From positions 115,322,001 through 115,386,000 of the forward strand of contig NC_087437.1 in assembly GCF_036321535.1 (NCBI RefSeq): DNA of 64,000 bases, read 5' to 3'. Positions within the stretch are counted from its first letter, which is position 1. The number at the start of each line of letters is the position of its first letter. Shown here in pieces: positions 42,701-56,600 of this stretch. Source of the DNA: Camelus dromedarius (lineage: Eukaryota). The position numbers and the translations under genes were made by a program. Under the pieces are notes generated by a model, which searched no databases, was not told the origin of the DNA, and saw nothing but the letters and a program-made list of their open reading frames with translations.

Positions 42701-45700
42701 CATCATGACAGAGTCTCAGGACTGATAGGCTCCCTTCTTCTCACCTAAGGCTCTACTTCAAGTCCATGAGACAACTAGGTGTTACTTTTAAGTCTTACGG
42801 TGGGTTCTTCACAGTGCTCGTGTATTTGGGAGTCAGATATGAGGCAGGAGTTGGGAAAGTGAACAAATGTTAGGGGAGGATGAGTGCAGCTTTATAAGTT
42901 CCAATAAAACTTTTCTTTTTATCTTTGACTATATGTCTTATCTAAAATAGGAGTTTGAGTGATAATTTAAAATTTTTTTTGAGCATTGGAAGCCTCCTAA
43001 ATGTGAATTTGTGCCTGTTTATGGCTCTTGAAACTTTATTACTGTATGTTCCTGTTCACAAGAAAATTTAGATAAGTCATATTATTGGCAATTTGCATGC
43101 ATATTTATTTAAGCATTTTTCAGTTTTAATGGTAATTTTAAGGTAGCAAATCATTGTCATTTTTCTGTCTTTTAAACCAGCCTATGTTAGTTGGATCTGG
43201 AACAACTTCAGTAACAGCAAATAATGAGACTGTCACTTCCGGTGAAGACCATAAGTAAGTACAATTTAAGATTTTTTGTTTTATTTTAACTCAAGTGTTT
43301 TAACTTAAAAAGTGGTATTAATGTACTTAATGTACTTTAAACTTGGGTCTTACTTCCCTTGCTTCATTGTCTAAAGATGTGCATCTGTTATGACAAACCT
43401 GATGGAATTATGACACCATCTTGGTTGAATTTATAGCATGACTTAAGAATGTTAAGAATTCATATAAACTACATTAAAATCACAGGGCTGATGACATTCA
43501 TTTGATAAGTTTGAGAACCTGCTATGTGCAAGATACTGTGGGAAAATCCTAGAAAATACTCTTTAAAATGTTTAATGAAGAGTCATAGTGATAATTACTA
43601 GATAGATGTTTTAGAGGCATATATGTTATGATTTAACCTTAGATTTTAGTGATTTCCAGTGGCATCTGGTTGTTGAAACTGAGTTTTAAAAAAACAGGTA
43701 GACACTAGAAGAAATAAAATTAGTGAATAGCAGTGACCTTTTTATATCATATTCCTTTGTGGACCAAAAACCCACAAAACTTTTCCCCCTACATTTCTTA
43801 CATGAGTTGTAATAACAGTTGTTTTGCACATTTTCCAAATCCTTTAAATGGAGCAGTTGTTTTAAGTTAAAGTAACAATAGCCTATACTTGGATACACTC
43901 ATGTACCAGGCATTTATGTACCAGGCAGTATTCCTAGAGCTTCACATGTATAAACTCATTTAATCCACTCTTCCACCGTAGGAGATAAGTACTTCTACTA
44001 TGTCCATTTTACAGATAAGGAAGCTCAGGCACAGTGCTGTTTAGTGTCAAGCCTGTCGTGCCCAAGGACACAAAGCTTGTACATGGCAGAGCCAGAATTT
44101 AAAGCCAGCAATCTAGTTGAGAGCCCACACTGAAACTACTAACCTTTTTAGAGTGCTAAAATCTTACACTCTTTAAAAAAAACCTTTTTATTAAGAACCC
44201 TTTACCAGTCTCAGTCTCACTTTAAGTTGACAGCAGTTATAGTAAAAATTTTAATGTAGCACTAATTCTTTTAAAACCAGGAGTTAAAAAATTTTTGCCC
44301 TTGGTAGCAAGAGCAAGTAATTAAAAGTGCTTACTCAGTAGTCAGGTACATAGATCTCTTGATTATTATTGTGGAAAGGTAACTTTTCTGCATTAAATTA
44401 TCTGGTAGTGTTTTTTTGCATCCTAAAGCTGAGTAATATGTTCACTATCTTTATTTCAATTTTGATGTTATTCTGGGTCACCTAAAAGCTTGTTATTCAC
44501 AGATTTTTTTTTTCTTTTTCTTTTCTCTTTGTAATCAGCAAACGCAATTCAAATTCTGCAGGCCCGTTTGTAGTGCCTGACCATCTTCGGCAAGATGTAG
44601 AAGAATTTGAAGCTCTGTATGAACAGCATAGTAGTAATGAATATGTTGTTCGTAATAAGAAGCTGTGGGACATTAACCCAAAACAAAAATGTTCAACTCT
44701 TTATGAGTAAGTTGTTTAATACTCCTACAACTATTATACCGAGGCTGTTGGCTAAAGATCTTAAGTTGTTTAATTTGTGTCCCTTATGTTTGTTAAAGGA
44801 ATCACTGATTGGTTCACAAACTCTGGGGAAGAGAAGTATTTTTATGGCTTTTGTCATGTGTTGCCCAAAGCTAATTGAGGATTTTTAATTATTAAATTTA
44901 GACTCCTAATGATTATTAGTCTTGTCAGTTTGAGCTGCTAATGTAGATACTTTCTATTTCCAAAACTGTCCTGCTTTGGCCTGATAGGACTGATAAAGTT
45001 TCCAGCTGTAATCTTTTGTCATGAATTCCAAGATACACATTTGACAAGGATTGATTGATTATTTGATCTCATTGTCTCTCTTAGGACAGATGATGGGGCT
45101 GGTGTTATTTATACCAGTCAGCCAAAATCCTCAACAAGGAAACAAGGATTATTGTTCCTGAGACCACAATGATTTGTTTCTTTTTACCTCACCCTTGCTC
45201 AACCCTTTCCTTTTAAGAGATTTCTCGTTAAAAATTAAGTGTGATGAGCATCTTAAGGCAGAGGCATATTTAACCTGTTGCCTTGCAAAACATCATGGAT
45301 GTAAGGGAGTTTCAGTTGTGGAGATCATTCTAAGGGGAAAATACTTATCAAAAAAACACTTTGAAAGAGACTGATGACTTTTAAGTATTTAGACCAGCAG
45401 TGTAGACAGAGAAGTGGCATTTGGCCTTCATGTTTCAGTGCATCAGTGGATCAGTGCTTTGAATAGACATTAATCACTTGTAAAGTTGTCCTGTGTATTT
45501 ATGTGCAGCAGCATCTGCACATAAAAGTGGGTTTCTTTTGCTTCAAAGAAGTATTGCTTTTACCTTCTTCCTAAATAAGTTGTCTTCCTAGTTAGCATTC
45601 ATTTACTTAGAAGGTTCCTTTGGAGGTTTTTGCTCTTGAAAAAGCTTTCTTAGTGGTGCATGGTATGTGTCTTTCTTGCTGGTTATGCCAATGTTAAGAG

Positions 45701-48700
45701 ACTGAATACCAAATTCAAATGAAAAAGAAAGCCTATTTGAACCTGACACAAAAATTGGTAAAGAGCATAGCCCCAGAGCTGGAGTGAACAAACCCAGTCT
45801 GCAGATGGAGGCAGATTAAGGGATTGGCCCCATTACTGTGGATGTGATCCTGCACTGTGTTGATTTATTGATCAGACCGGTTGATTTCAGTACTTCTGAA
45901 TCATTGCATATTCTTAAACAGAAATATGTTAATAGATTTACTATATGGAAATTCCAGTAGGACTTTTGAAATTTGATTTCCTTTTCTCATTTGATGGTCT
46001 TGCTATTTTTATTGAATGTTTTCTTGCTTTTCATTGCTTTTTAAATAGATTTAATTGAAACATATAAAATATTTTTTTATTCTCTTTTTTCCTGAAAAAT
46101 TTTTAAAGAATTATTTTCTGAAGGGTAAACAAAATTTTGTTTTATAGTATCATGTATTTGCATTTAGCCTTCTTAGATTTAGTCTGAGTATAATACGTTT
46201 GTTGGGGAGGTGTTGAGGTCAGTTAGAAATGCAGTAGTATTTGCTTTCAGAGAATTTGGGAGAAATTTTTTTTTTTCAAATAAACATGTATAAGTACTTC
46301 CATATAATAACTTAGGTAAATGTAAATTTTTTCCAAGTTATTTCTCTCAGTTGCTGGAGGAACATGGTCCCTTGGACATGAGTAATAAGATGTTTTCTGA
46401 AGAATATGAGTTCTTCCCAGAAGAAACTCGACAGATACTAGAAAAAGCAGGAGGTTTGAAATCTTTTCTCCTGGGATGTCCTCGTTTTGTTGTGATTGAC
46501 AACTGTATTGCATTGAAGAAAGTTGCGTTACGGCTTAAGAAAAAGAGAAAGAAGAAAAACATTAAGACAAAAGTTGAAGAAATTTCAAGAACAGGAGAGT
46601 ATTTACGAGTTAAGTTACCACTGAATCCAACCGCTAGGGAATTTAAACCAGATGTAAAATCCAAACCAGTGTCTGATTTATCTTCAGCACCAGCTTCTGA
46701 GGATGTAAAGCCCAAACCTACATCTACTAATTCTCCACAACCAGCTTGTGAAGCTGTAAAGCCGAAACCGATTTCTGATAATTCTTCCAGATCAGTTTCT
46801 GATGATGAGAAACCCAACGGGGTTTCTTCAGAATCTCCCAAACTAGTCTCTGAGGAGGCAAGTCACAAACAGGTCTCCTGTAATTCTCCCAAACCAGTTC
46901 CTGAGGATATGAAACCAACCTATTGGACTCAACCCCATTTGGTCACAGGATACTGTACATATCTTCCCTTTCGGGGATTTGACATTACCCAGACACCACC
47001 AGCGTTTATAAACGTGTTACCAAGTTTGCCCCAGTACAGCATCTATACCCCTCTGGCCAACATTCCTTCTGAATATCAGCTGCAGAGATCAGTACCAGTG
47101 GTGACATCTTTTGTAGCCAGCGACATAGCAGATGTGCATTTTGAGGGTCAGCATTTCAGTTCTGAGAATGCCCCTGGTAACCAGATTGCCTCTGAAACAC
47201 AGATCTGCCAGGACTCTTTGGAAATACCAGTTAAGTCACCGTGCATCACTGATGATGCTAACACAGCCCAGAGTGAGTCTAGCAGAAGTGATGGTCATTG
47301 TGGAAATTCTGCCAAGTGGGAAGTAAATCTGGAAAGCACCAATGAAGTAACAGATACTCCACGTACACAAATGGTTGCCATACAGGTAAGATTAAAAATA
47401 GAAAAAGGTCTTCTTTAATACTGAAGTTAAATTTTCCTCTTCACTTTTCATTGCCATTATATTTCTAAAATTCTTTAAAATGATGGACTTCATGAACCCT
47501 TTTGTAGGGCATGACAGATAATGTCAGAAGGAATTTTAGGGTTTAGTAAATAATACCCTTCTTCCCTATTCAGATTTTGCACCAGTTGAGAAGTAAGATA
47601 GTGGACTCAGCAGATGGAGCCCAAACATCACCTTAATAACGTGGCTGTTTCTGTAGAGAGTGCATGTCCTAACAGTGAAGCCCGTGGCATACCAGCTTCC
47701 TCACCTAGTTTAGAGCTGGCCTAGGAAGCCTCTGAACTTGAGTGCCTGCCTCCTAAGACTTATTGATGTATTGCATGGAGAAGGAAGGGAAAATGTGCTT
47801 TCTGTATAGGCAATTCCCAAGAGAAAGAAAAAAATTAGAGTGTGGACTACATCTGCCCAATTTGTCCTATAAAACTAGGGGAGGAGTGAGGGAGTTAAAA
47901 GAGACAGTCAGATGGAAGGAAACAAGAGGAATGTGAATAAAAGATCCTTCCTAACAAGCACGAGGATAAGTTAAGGTTGGTTTATAGTTAGCTTTATAAG
48001 GCATGAATTCATTAAATTCTTACTGGATTATCCCCCTACTCTAAGTTTTTTGTTTTCTAAAAAGCTTTGAAAAAATATGTTAAGAGCAATGAACCAAAAT
48101 CATTTTCATTTTTACTAATTCTAAATGATTGCTCTTTCCTAATACATATATTTTTAGTAAGTGTAGACCCTATCTAAACTGGCCCAAAAAAACCTTTTAA
48201 AAAATTATGGTAATGTTTCAGAATGTTGTTACACGATGGATTTATTTTACTAGAGCAGCTGAGATAGATTGAATTTAAGTGTTTGTTTTACTCCAAAGGT
48301 GTCTTGGAATACAACACATCAGGAAGTCAATACTGAGCCATATGATCCTTTTGAGGCACAACAGGTGAGTCATAATTATATTAAACTATTTAAAGGTTTA
48401 TTTTCATTAGTTTAACTAGATGGGAAAGACGAACTTAGAACTCTTTCAAGCCAGTTATTCCATACAAAACGTTATCATGGAATTAGCTTTAAACATAACA
48501 AAAAATTGGTTCTCTCTAGGGCTTTTAATTTAACACAATCTCAGTACAAACATGAACAGAATGTATTAGTTATCTGTTGCTGCATAACAAATGACCTCAC
48601 AATTTCTGCAAGTCAGGGATGGAGGAGCAGTTTAGCTCGATGGTTCCAGGTATCTCTTGAGTTGCAGTCAAAATGCTGATCATGGTCAGTCATGTGCAGG

Positions 48701-51700
48701 AATAACTGGGATCCAAGGTTCTGCTGCCAGGACGGCTCACTCACATGCCTGGGAAATTGGTGCTGGCTGTTGGCAAAAGCCTTCAGTCCCTTGCCTGTGG
48801 ACCTCCACCTTGGGCTGCTTAAGTGTCCTGCTGGGGCCTGGCTTTCCACAGAATAGGTGATCCAAGGCAGAAGTAGCAATGGTTTTCATGACCTGCTTTA
48901 GGAAGTCACAGTGTATTGCTTCTCCTGTTGGTCATACTGACCAACCCACCAACATTGTGGGAGAGGATTATGCAATGGCATGATGCCAAGAGGCAAGGAT
49001 CTTGGGGGCCACCTTGGTGGCTGGCTGCTGCACAGAATTTATTTGAAACTGGACAAATTGATTCTAAACTTCATACGGAGAAACAAATACCAGGAATGCC
49101 CATGGAAAAAACTGTAAAGGGGAGTCGTGCAGCTAGATATCAAAACATAATATAAATCTATGTTAGTACATAAATAGCCCATTAGAATAAGAGAACAATA
49201 GAACAAAATATGGAAATTCAAGGTTTAATAAAAATGGTAGCTATTGGTGATTAAAAAGTAGATTATTAAATACATGGTGTTAGGAGAAATAGGTTGCCGT
49301 CTAGAAAAAATTAATTTTAATCCCTACCTCTTCCATATAGCAAAATAAATTCCAGGCAGATCAAAGATTTAAATATTAAAAAACAGACCCAGAAAAGTAC
49401 CCAGGAAAAAAGGGAACTTTTTTCCATAGGATTAATGAACAGCATGACAAAAAAGTATGCATGTGGGTATATATAATGTGCATATACCTATGCATAACAT
49501 ACATATATGTGAACAAATATACATACATGTGACATCAAAACACACATGACCAACTAGAAAAATTATTTACAGCATAGGACAGATAGAGAACTAATTTCCT
49601 TGCTTAACATACAAAGTTTCTGTAGGTTAGTAAGAAGAAGATAATCTAACACAAAGATGGGAATGGGTGGGAGTAACAATCCACAATAAAACAAAGATGG
49701 ACGACTTTTAAACACATAAAAAGGTGCCCAACCCCACATGAAGTAAGAAAAACGATCGCTTACACGTTATTGAAAGAATATAAAAATGTCAATGTCTGGG
49801 GAAGGCAGTTTGGAATTTACCTGCTCTCATATATGTGTACAGAGACCGGTGAACAGGATATTTGTATATTTGTTTTATCTGTATTTATGTCAACAAAAAA
49901 TTGAATACAACCTGAATATCTATCGATACTAGACTAATTAAATGAATTACGGCACATCCATATAATGAATATTACTGTGTCATTTAAAAATGAAGCAATT
50001 CTATCATTTCTGATAAGGAATGATTTATAAGATCAGATGTGTAATTAAGTAGGAAGAAGTAAGGTTAGAATTTTGTGTTGCCTCCTGTTATTTGTACAGA
50101 TAGCTTTTCAGTTTTAGCCAATTACGAACTTTTGTTAATGAACAATACTGAAAATTATGAAGGAGAAATTGAAAATCATCTACATACCTATCATCTATGT
50201 TTGTATTTTGATGTGCAGCCTTCCAGGCTTTGTTTTAACATTTGCACTTAAAAGGGTAAGCAATGTTTTTTAAAAGATGGGACTGTACCATATACGTTGT
50301 ACTTGAAACTTTCAGTCTTAATAGATTGTGGACTTTTTTCCATGTCAGTAAATACAGACGTTTACCATCATTTTTAATGCATGCTTGGTATTCCATTGTA
50401 TGAAGGTATGATAATTTATTTGACCAGTTTCTTATCCTTAAACATTTAGATTATGTAAAGCTTTTCATGCTTACAGTGCTGTGGGGAACATTTTTGCCTC
50501 AATGAGTGTATACCAAGTAGAATGAGGGGTATTGATTTCTTATACTGTGCTTAGCTTTTAACCAGGTATGTGCTGTTGCTTGAATCAGTGTCTTTGACCC
50601 TTGAATTAATACTTTGATCAGTGTTGGGAAAATTCACAGACATTTTATTAAATTAGTTCTTAGTTTTCCAGACCTTGGTGTTAGCATAGGTGATGGCTGG
50701 CTTCTTAAGCAGTGAGAGTTATCAGCTATTCCCAGCACTGCTGCTTTCTCCTGGGACTTTGAGAAGTCGCCTAACTTCTCTAATCTTTGGTTTTCTGACC
50801 TATAAAAACTGAAAATAACATATTTCTTACAGAATTGAGGTGAAGGTTAAGTGTAATGGCAGAGATGGCATATGACACACTGCCTGTCTCCTCTGGCAAT
50901 CTGGGGCACATGATTTAATTCATAATAACAAGTTGCTATTCATTGTGATCCCTTTGCTAAATTGAGAATCAAAACAGAAATAACTGAGATCTGAAACCAT
51001 AAAAGCTTGCTCGTGGGTTGTGTAATTGAGTATTTAAACATGGACTGTGTTTATAGTGCTGAACTTTCAGTCTAGACAGACAAAAACTAGGACTCTCCAC
51101 AGCAAACGGGCGTATATGGTCACCTTGGCCATAGGTCACAGTTCTGTAACTGATAATTCACAAATTTCAGAATCTTGATTCCCTGCCGTTTTACACTTGG
51201 CAGACGCTGAGGTACGGGAGATGGGGAAGACGGACCAAGTCTGTGCACTGGAACAGATTTCCGAAGCCTGGCTGCCAAGGCCCCTTGTATCTGGGTAGAG
51301 CAGTTACCTGTAGCTGGGAGGAGTTGCCAGCATCTAACAGATGCTCCTTTCAGACACAAATGTGTGATTGCTGACAGTCTTAGTAGTATGAAAGGCTTAA
51401 AAAAATACATAAATGATGTTTATTGTTTGCCAACATTTCACATTACGATATGGCTTCTGTTCGCTTTTTTTTAAATCTGTCCAGGAGACAGTTACATAAC
51501 TGAAAATAATTCACTGATAGTATTTTAACTTGTATTTTTGAAATAATCAGCAACTATCAATTTGAAACACTTTGTAAAAGTAAGACCAAAGTTAACATGT
51601 TCTGTTCATATCTAAAATATGAATAATATTTACAGTTTTTAAGCCTAATAAATAATTCTTGATGTTAATTGTGAAGGATGTCATTCACATCAAACTGTTA

Positions 51701-53571
51701 ATTTAATACTGAACCCTTCAAAGACAAATATTCAGAGCTAATTATAGTACAGTTTGAAATGTTTCCTTTTGAATTCCAGTATACGAATTTTTTTTTAAGA
51801 GCTAGCTTTGCTAAACAGTGTAAGGGGTTTTTAATTCTTGAAGTACTGTGATATTTCCCTTGTGAATTTTCATCTGCCTTATAGTCTCCTTTGTTTATTT
51901 TATCTTGTTCAGGACAAGATCAGAAAAAGGCATTTTTAACTACTTTTAATAGGTAATTTTGTATTGTGCTTTTAGGGGGATATTTCACAGATTGAAAAGG
52001 AGTACCAGGTTTTACAAGAGCAGCTTAAGGTAGCTCGTGAAAATTATGAGCAGAGAAATAACGAGGGCTCAGAAGAGACCAGGGACTTGGAAGAAAAGTT
52101 GAAAAGGAACATAGAAGAAAACAAGGTAATCCTATGTGAAACGTTTCTTTGCTAGCACGCAGCATTGTTAGGAGAGCTGTGTTTGTGTAGCCTCTGTTAG
52201 TGAGCTACTGCATTGTTGGCTAAACAAAGGCTTTCTCACTGTTGCCTATTTCAGATTCTCTCTGACATATTAAAGTGACTGTTTTTTGCAGTGTTTTAGA
52301 AACTCTGCGAATTGCCATGTAAGAAAAGGGTTGTGAATATGAATTTTATCTATAATTGTTTACTTGATTAACTAAAACTATTTTCTGGTGACTAAGTTCC
52401 AAGTTAAATTCTCATTTATAGCGAGAGAGGCAGTGTAGCATTAGTGGTTCAGAATGTGAGGCCTGGAGTCAGACTGACTGTGTTCAGATCAGGCTCAGTT
52501 CTACACTAGTTCCGATCTTGAGCGACTTATTTAACATCTCTGTGCTGTAGTTCCTTAGCTGGAAAATTTGGGTAATAATCGCTCCCATTTTGTGGGGTTA
52601 GATTAATACTTGAGAAAAGTGAAGTACAGTTGTCTCTCAGTATCTGTAGGGGGTTGGTTCCAGGATTCCCTCACAGATACAAAAATCTACAGATTCTCAA
52701 GTCCCTTGTACACAGTGGTGTAGTGCAAATAATGTAGTGTATTGTAAATAATGCTGCTCTGAATGCACAAGTTCCACATCTGAGGATGCAGAGGGCCAAC
52801 TGTACTGAAAATTGCCTGGTTAAGTGTGGCCTGCCACCATTATTACTACTGCTGCTATTATCATCATCTTCATCTTACTCCTGAGGAAATACAAGAATGA
52901 TAAATGGAGGCTGGGCATACTAGAACTATAAAGTCACCCAGAGTGTCTTGGTTGAGTCTACTGATCTTGAATTCCATTAGCTAAGACTGACCTTCAGTTA
53001 CATGGAACTGGCTATGGGAGGAATACTGATTAATGGCAAGGCCCAATTGAATTAGTGGGAAAATAGAATTATAGGTGTGAAGAAATCATGGTGCATTTCT
53101 TTTTTAAAACTAAGGTCTGTTTTAAAAAATTGAAGTATAGTTAGTTGATTTAGTTGATTTACAATATTGTTAGTTTCAGGTATACAACATAGTGATTTGA
53201 TATTTTTTAGATTATACTTCATTTAAAGTTATTACAAAATAATGCTTGTATTTCTCTGTGCTGTACAATATATACTTGTTTCTTACTTAATTTATACATA
53301 GTAGTTTGTTTTGCTTAATCCCCTTCTCCTATCTTTCCCCTTCCCCGGTCCCTCTCCCTGCTGGTAGCCATTAGTTTGTTCTGTTTATCTGAGTCTGGTT
53401 CTGTTTTGTTACATTCATTCGTTTGTTTTATACTTTAGAATCTAAATATAAGTGATAACATCTTAGAGTATTTGTCTTTCTCTGACTTACTTCACTAAGC
53501 ATAATACCCTCTAGGTCCATTCATGTTCTTCCAAGTGGCAGAATTTCATTTTTATGGCTGAGTAGTATTCC

Positions 53572-53611
<40 letters not shown>

Positions 53612-56600
53612 TACACACCACAACTTCTTTATCCAGTTGTCTATCGATGAACATTTAGGTTGTTTCGTATCTTGGCTATTGTAAATAATGCTGCTCTGAA
53701 TATTGGGGTGCATGTGTCTTTTCAGATTAGTGTTTTCATGTTCTTCAGATACATACTCAGGAGTAGAATTGCTGGATCATGCGGTAGTTGGTAGCTCTAT
53801 TTTCAGTTTTTTTGAGGAACCTCCATTCTGTTTTCCATAGTGGCTGCACCAGTTTACATTTCTACCAACAGTGTCTAGGGTTCCCTTTTCTCCACATCCT
53901 TGCCAACATTTGTTATTTGTGGTCTTTTTGATGATGGCCACTCTGATGGGTGTGAGGTGATGTCTTATTGTGGTTTTGGTTTGCATTTTTCTCATGATTA
54001 GTGATGTTGAGCATCTTTTTCATGTGCCTGTTAACCACGTTTTATGTGTTTTTTTTTGGAAAAATGTCTGTCTGTTCAGGTCTTCTGCCCATTTTTTAAT
54101 CGGATTGCAAAAACAGGTCTTTTGTATAGAGGTAACATAAGGATGTTAGTCCATTTAAGAAAGAAAGGGTTTGTTTCAGAAGGCTGAATCAATAACTGAG
54201 GTCACATGTTAAACAGAAGAAAATCAGCTTATTGGGACCTTAATAAACTCATTTATTGAGATTTTAGTATACCCAGAAGAAAAGGGTTGGTTTGTAAAAG
54301 TAACTGTTGTAACATTCCTTAGGATATGTTTTTAACTTGGGATGAGACGGGGAAGATTTGAAGAATGAGAAGAATTAGAAGGAAGGAACCAGCCCTTCTG
54401 TTCAGTTCCTTAGTTGAAGTCTTCTTGATTGGGAAGAGGAGAAAATGAACAAAAATAAAACCCTGCACAGTGACTTACAGAACACCAGTTTGGATAAGTT
54501 GTTTGGGGACATAACAAAATAAAATATTTCTGTAAACTTCATATTGCCTCAGGAAAGTTCAGTTTTCAGTTTTAATCCGTATGGGAAGGCCTGTGTCCAC
54601 CTGCTTAAGTGATGAGGGCAGACTTGCAGACAGCCACTTAATTTAACATGGGCATCTGGTGATTGAGGTTTCTTTCTTTCTGGCAGAGGCTTGTCCAGCT
54701 TTATAAACTGCTGGTCTGACGGGGTCCTGTATTTGTGCAGTTCATCAAAGCTTCTTTGTACACTTGACCAAGAAATGTTCAGTAAGTTAGCACCCAGGGA
54801 GGAGGGCTGTGAGAGAGCAGCGGCTTTGACTGCTGGGCTTCGGCTCCTGACCTGCTTCTTAACTTTGCTAAGACTCGAGGTCTGGTTCCATGTGGTTGTT
54901 CTTAAGAGTAGCCAGTCCATTTTTTTTTTTTTACAAGAACCATTATTTAGTCCCTCAGATTACAGGCCGGTTAGGTCATTAGACTGCCCATGTGACGTGT
55001 ATACACGTTTCCTCTCAGGATAAATTGCTCATCTGAGTTCCTTAGGTTGTCTGTACAAGAGCAGTAGAGATTTAGCTGTGGCCATTCCTGTATTAATCAT
55101 GATTATGATCATAATTCGTTTGTGGAAAAATCTTTTATAAATATAAAAAGAAATTTGTGCTTTTATTGATCTCTCCCTTGGCCTTTGACTCTCTAGATCA
55201 CAGAGGTTAAGAGCTAATCCTTGTACGTAAAGTTACTGGATACCATGTTTGGGTGTATTAGATACACAATCACCTTTCCCCCTTGTAGAGAATTCAGGCG
55301 TTGGAGTCAGACTGCCTGACTGGTGACTCCAGCACCACCACTTAATGGCTTTGTGACCCAAGATAATTAACTCAACCTCTTCAACCCTCAGTTTCTTCAT
55401 TAACAATATAATCTCTACTTTATAGTTCTATGAGGACTCACAGAGGTGGTTGGAAAAGGGTGGGGAATGGCCAGAGATAAGTACAGTAGAAGAATTGTCC
55501 CACCCAGAATGCCACCATGCCCTCTTTGAGAAAAATCACTTACAAAGCACTTGAGGAGCGCTTAGTGTTTACAGAGCATCAGTAAACATCTGAGCTCGAT
55601 ACTGCATATGGCTGATGGGGTTTGATTATCATGAGCTAGAGATGGCCTTGTTGACAATTAGGCCAGTTGTCTAGTCTCTGCCAGAGGGAAATAGCAATTC
55701 TAAAGCCAGAGACTCCTGTGGTTTTTAATGTACCTGCAACTGGCAGGTTATAACTGGTTACAGTATTGCTCAAGGGCATATGTTCTTTTTTGTTTTATCA
55801 AGATAAAATTCACATTTAACCACTATAAAGTATACAATTAAGTGATTTTCAGTATATTTCACAATGTTGTATAATCATTACCATGATCTAATTCCAGAAC
55901 CATTTTCATCACTCAAAAAGAAGCCCTGTACCCATTCAGCAGTCACTCCCCGTCTCTCCTAGGATGTATGTTCTTAAGGTGCTTTAATGAGATTCTCTTA
56001 TAGCTAAGATGGTATTTTAGTTGACATTGACTCTTAAAACACAGTCAATCATTTTGGCCCAGAATAATTTATGGAGTAGAATTTGATGCTGCATCTTGCT
56101 CCAAGACACCCTTGCACTAAGTAGGAGAACAGGTGGTGAGTGTCAGACTCCAAATCCCTTGCTTTTGTCCTCCAAGAGACTGTCATTTCCACAACCAGTT
56201 GAAAAACATTGCTCAGCACTTCATGAGCAGTCTGTCAGTTAGTTGATCCCATGATAATGCCGGGTAACAACCACCCACAAAGACCTCAGTGACACGTAAC
56301 AGTAAATACTAAATGTGTGAGTTTGTAGGTTAGCTGATCCCAGGTGGGCTTGGCTGGACTGTCTCACCTTTGGGTCAGCTAGGGCTCTGCTGTTCTTGGC
56401 CCTGCTTGCTCATGTACCTGGGGTCAGCTGGCTATGAACTGATCTGGAATGGCCTCAGCTGGGACAATGGGGGCAACTAGATTTGCTCCACATGTCTTTC
56501 ATCTTCCAGGAAGTACAGGGCAAGCAAGGCCTGTCACACAAGCACTCCTCAAGTCTGCTAAATCAGGTCTGCTAATATCCCTGTTAGGCAAAGCAAGTCA

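Noticed and set aside
46347..46841. 164-aa antisense ORF
   Set aside because: It is the shadow of the Ser/Pro-rich TTC3 exon, with no independent sign of a gene.
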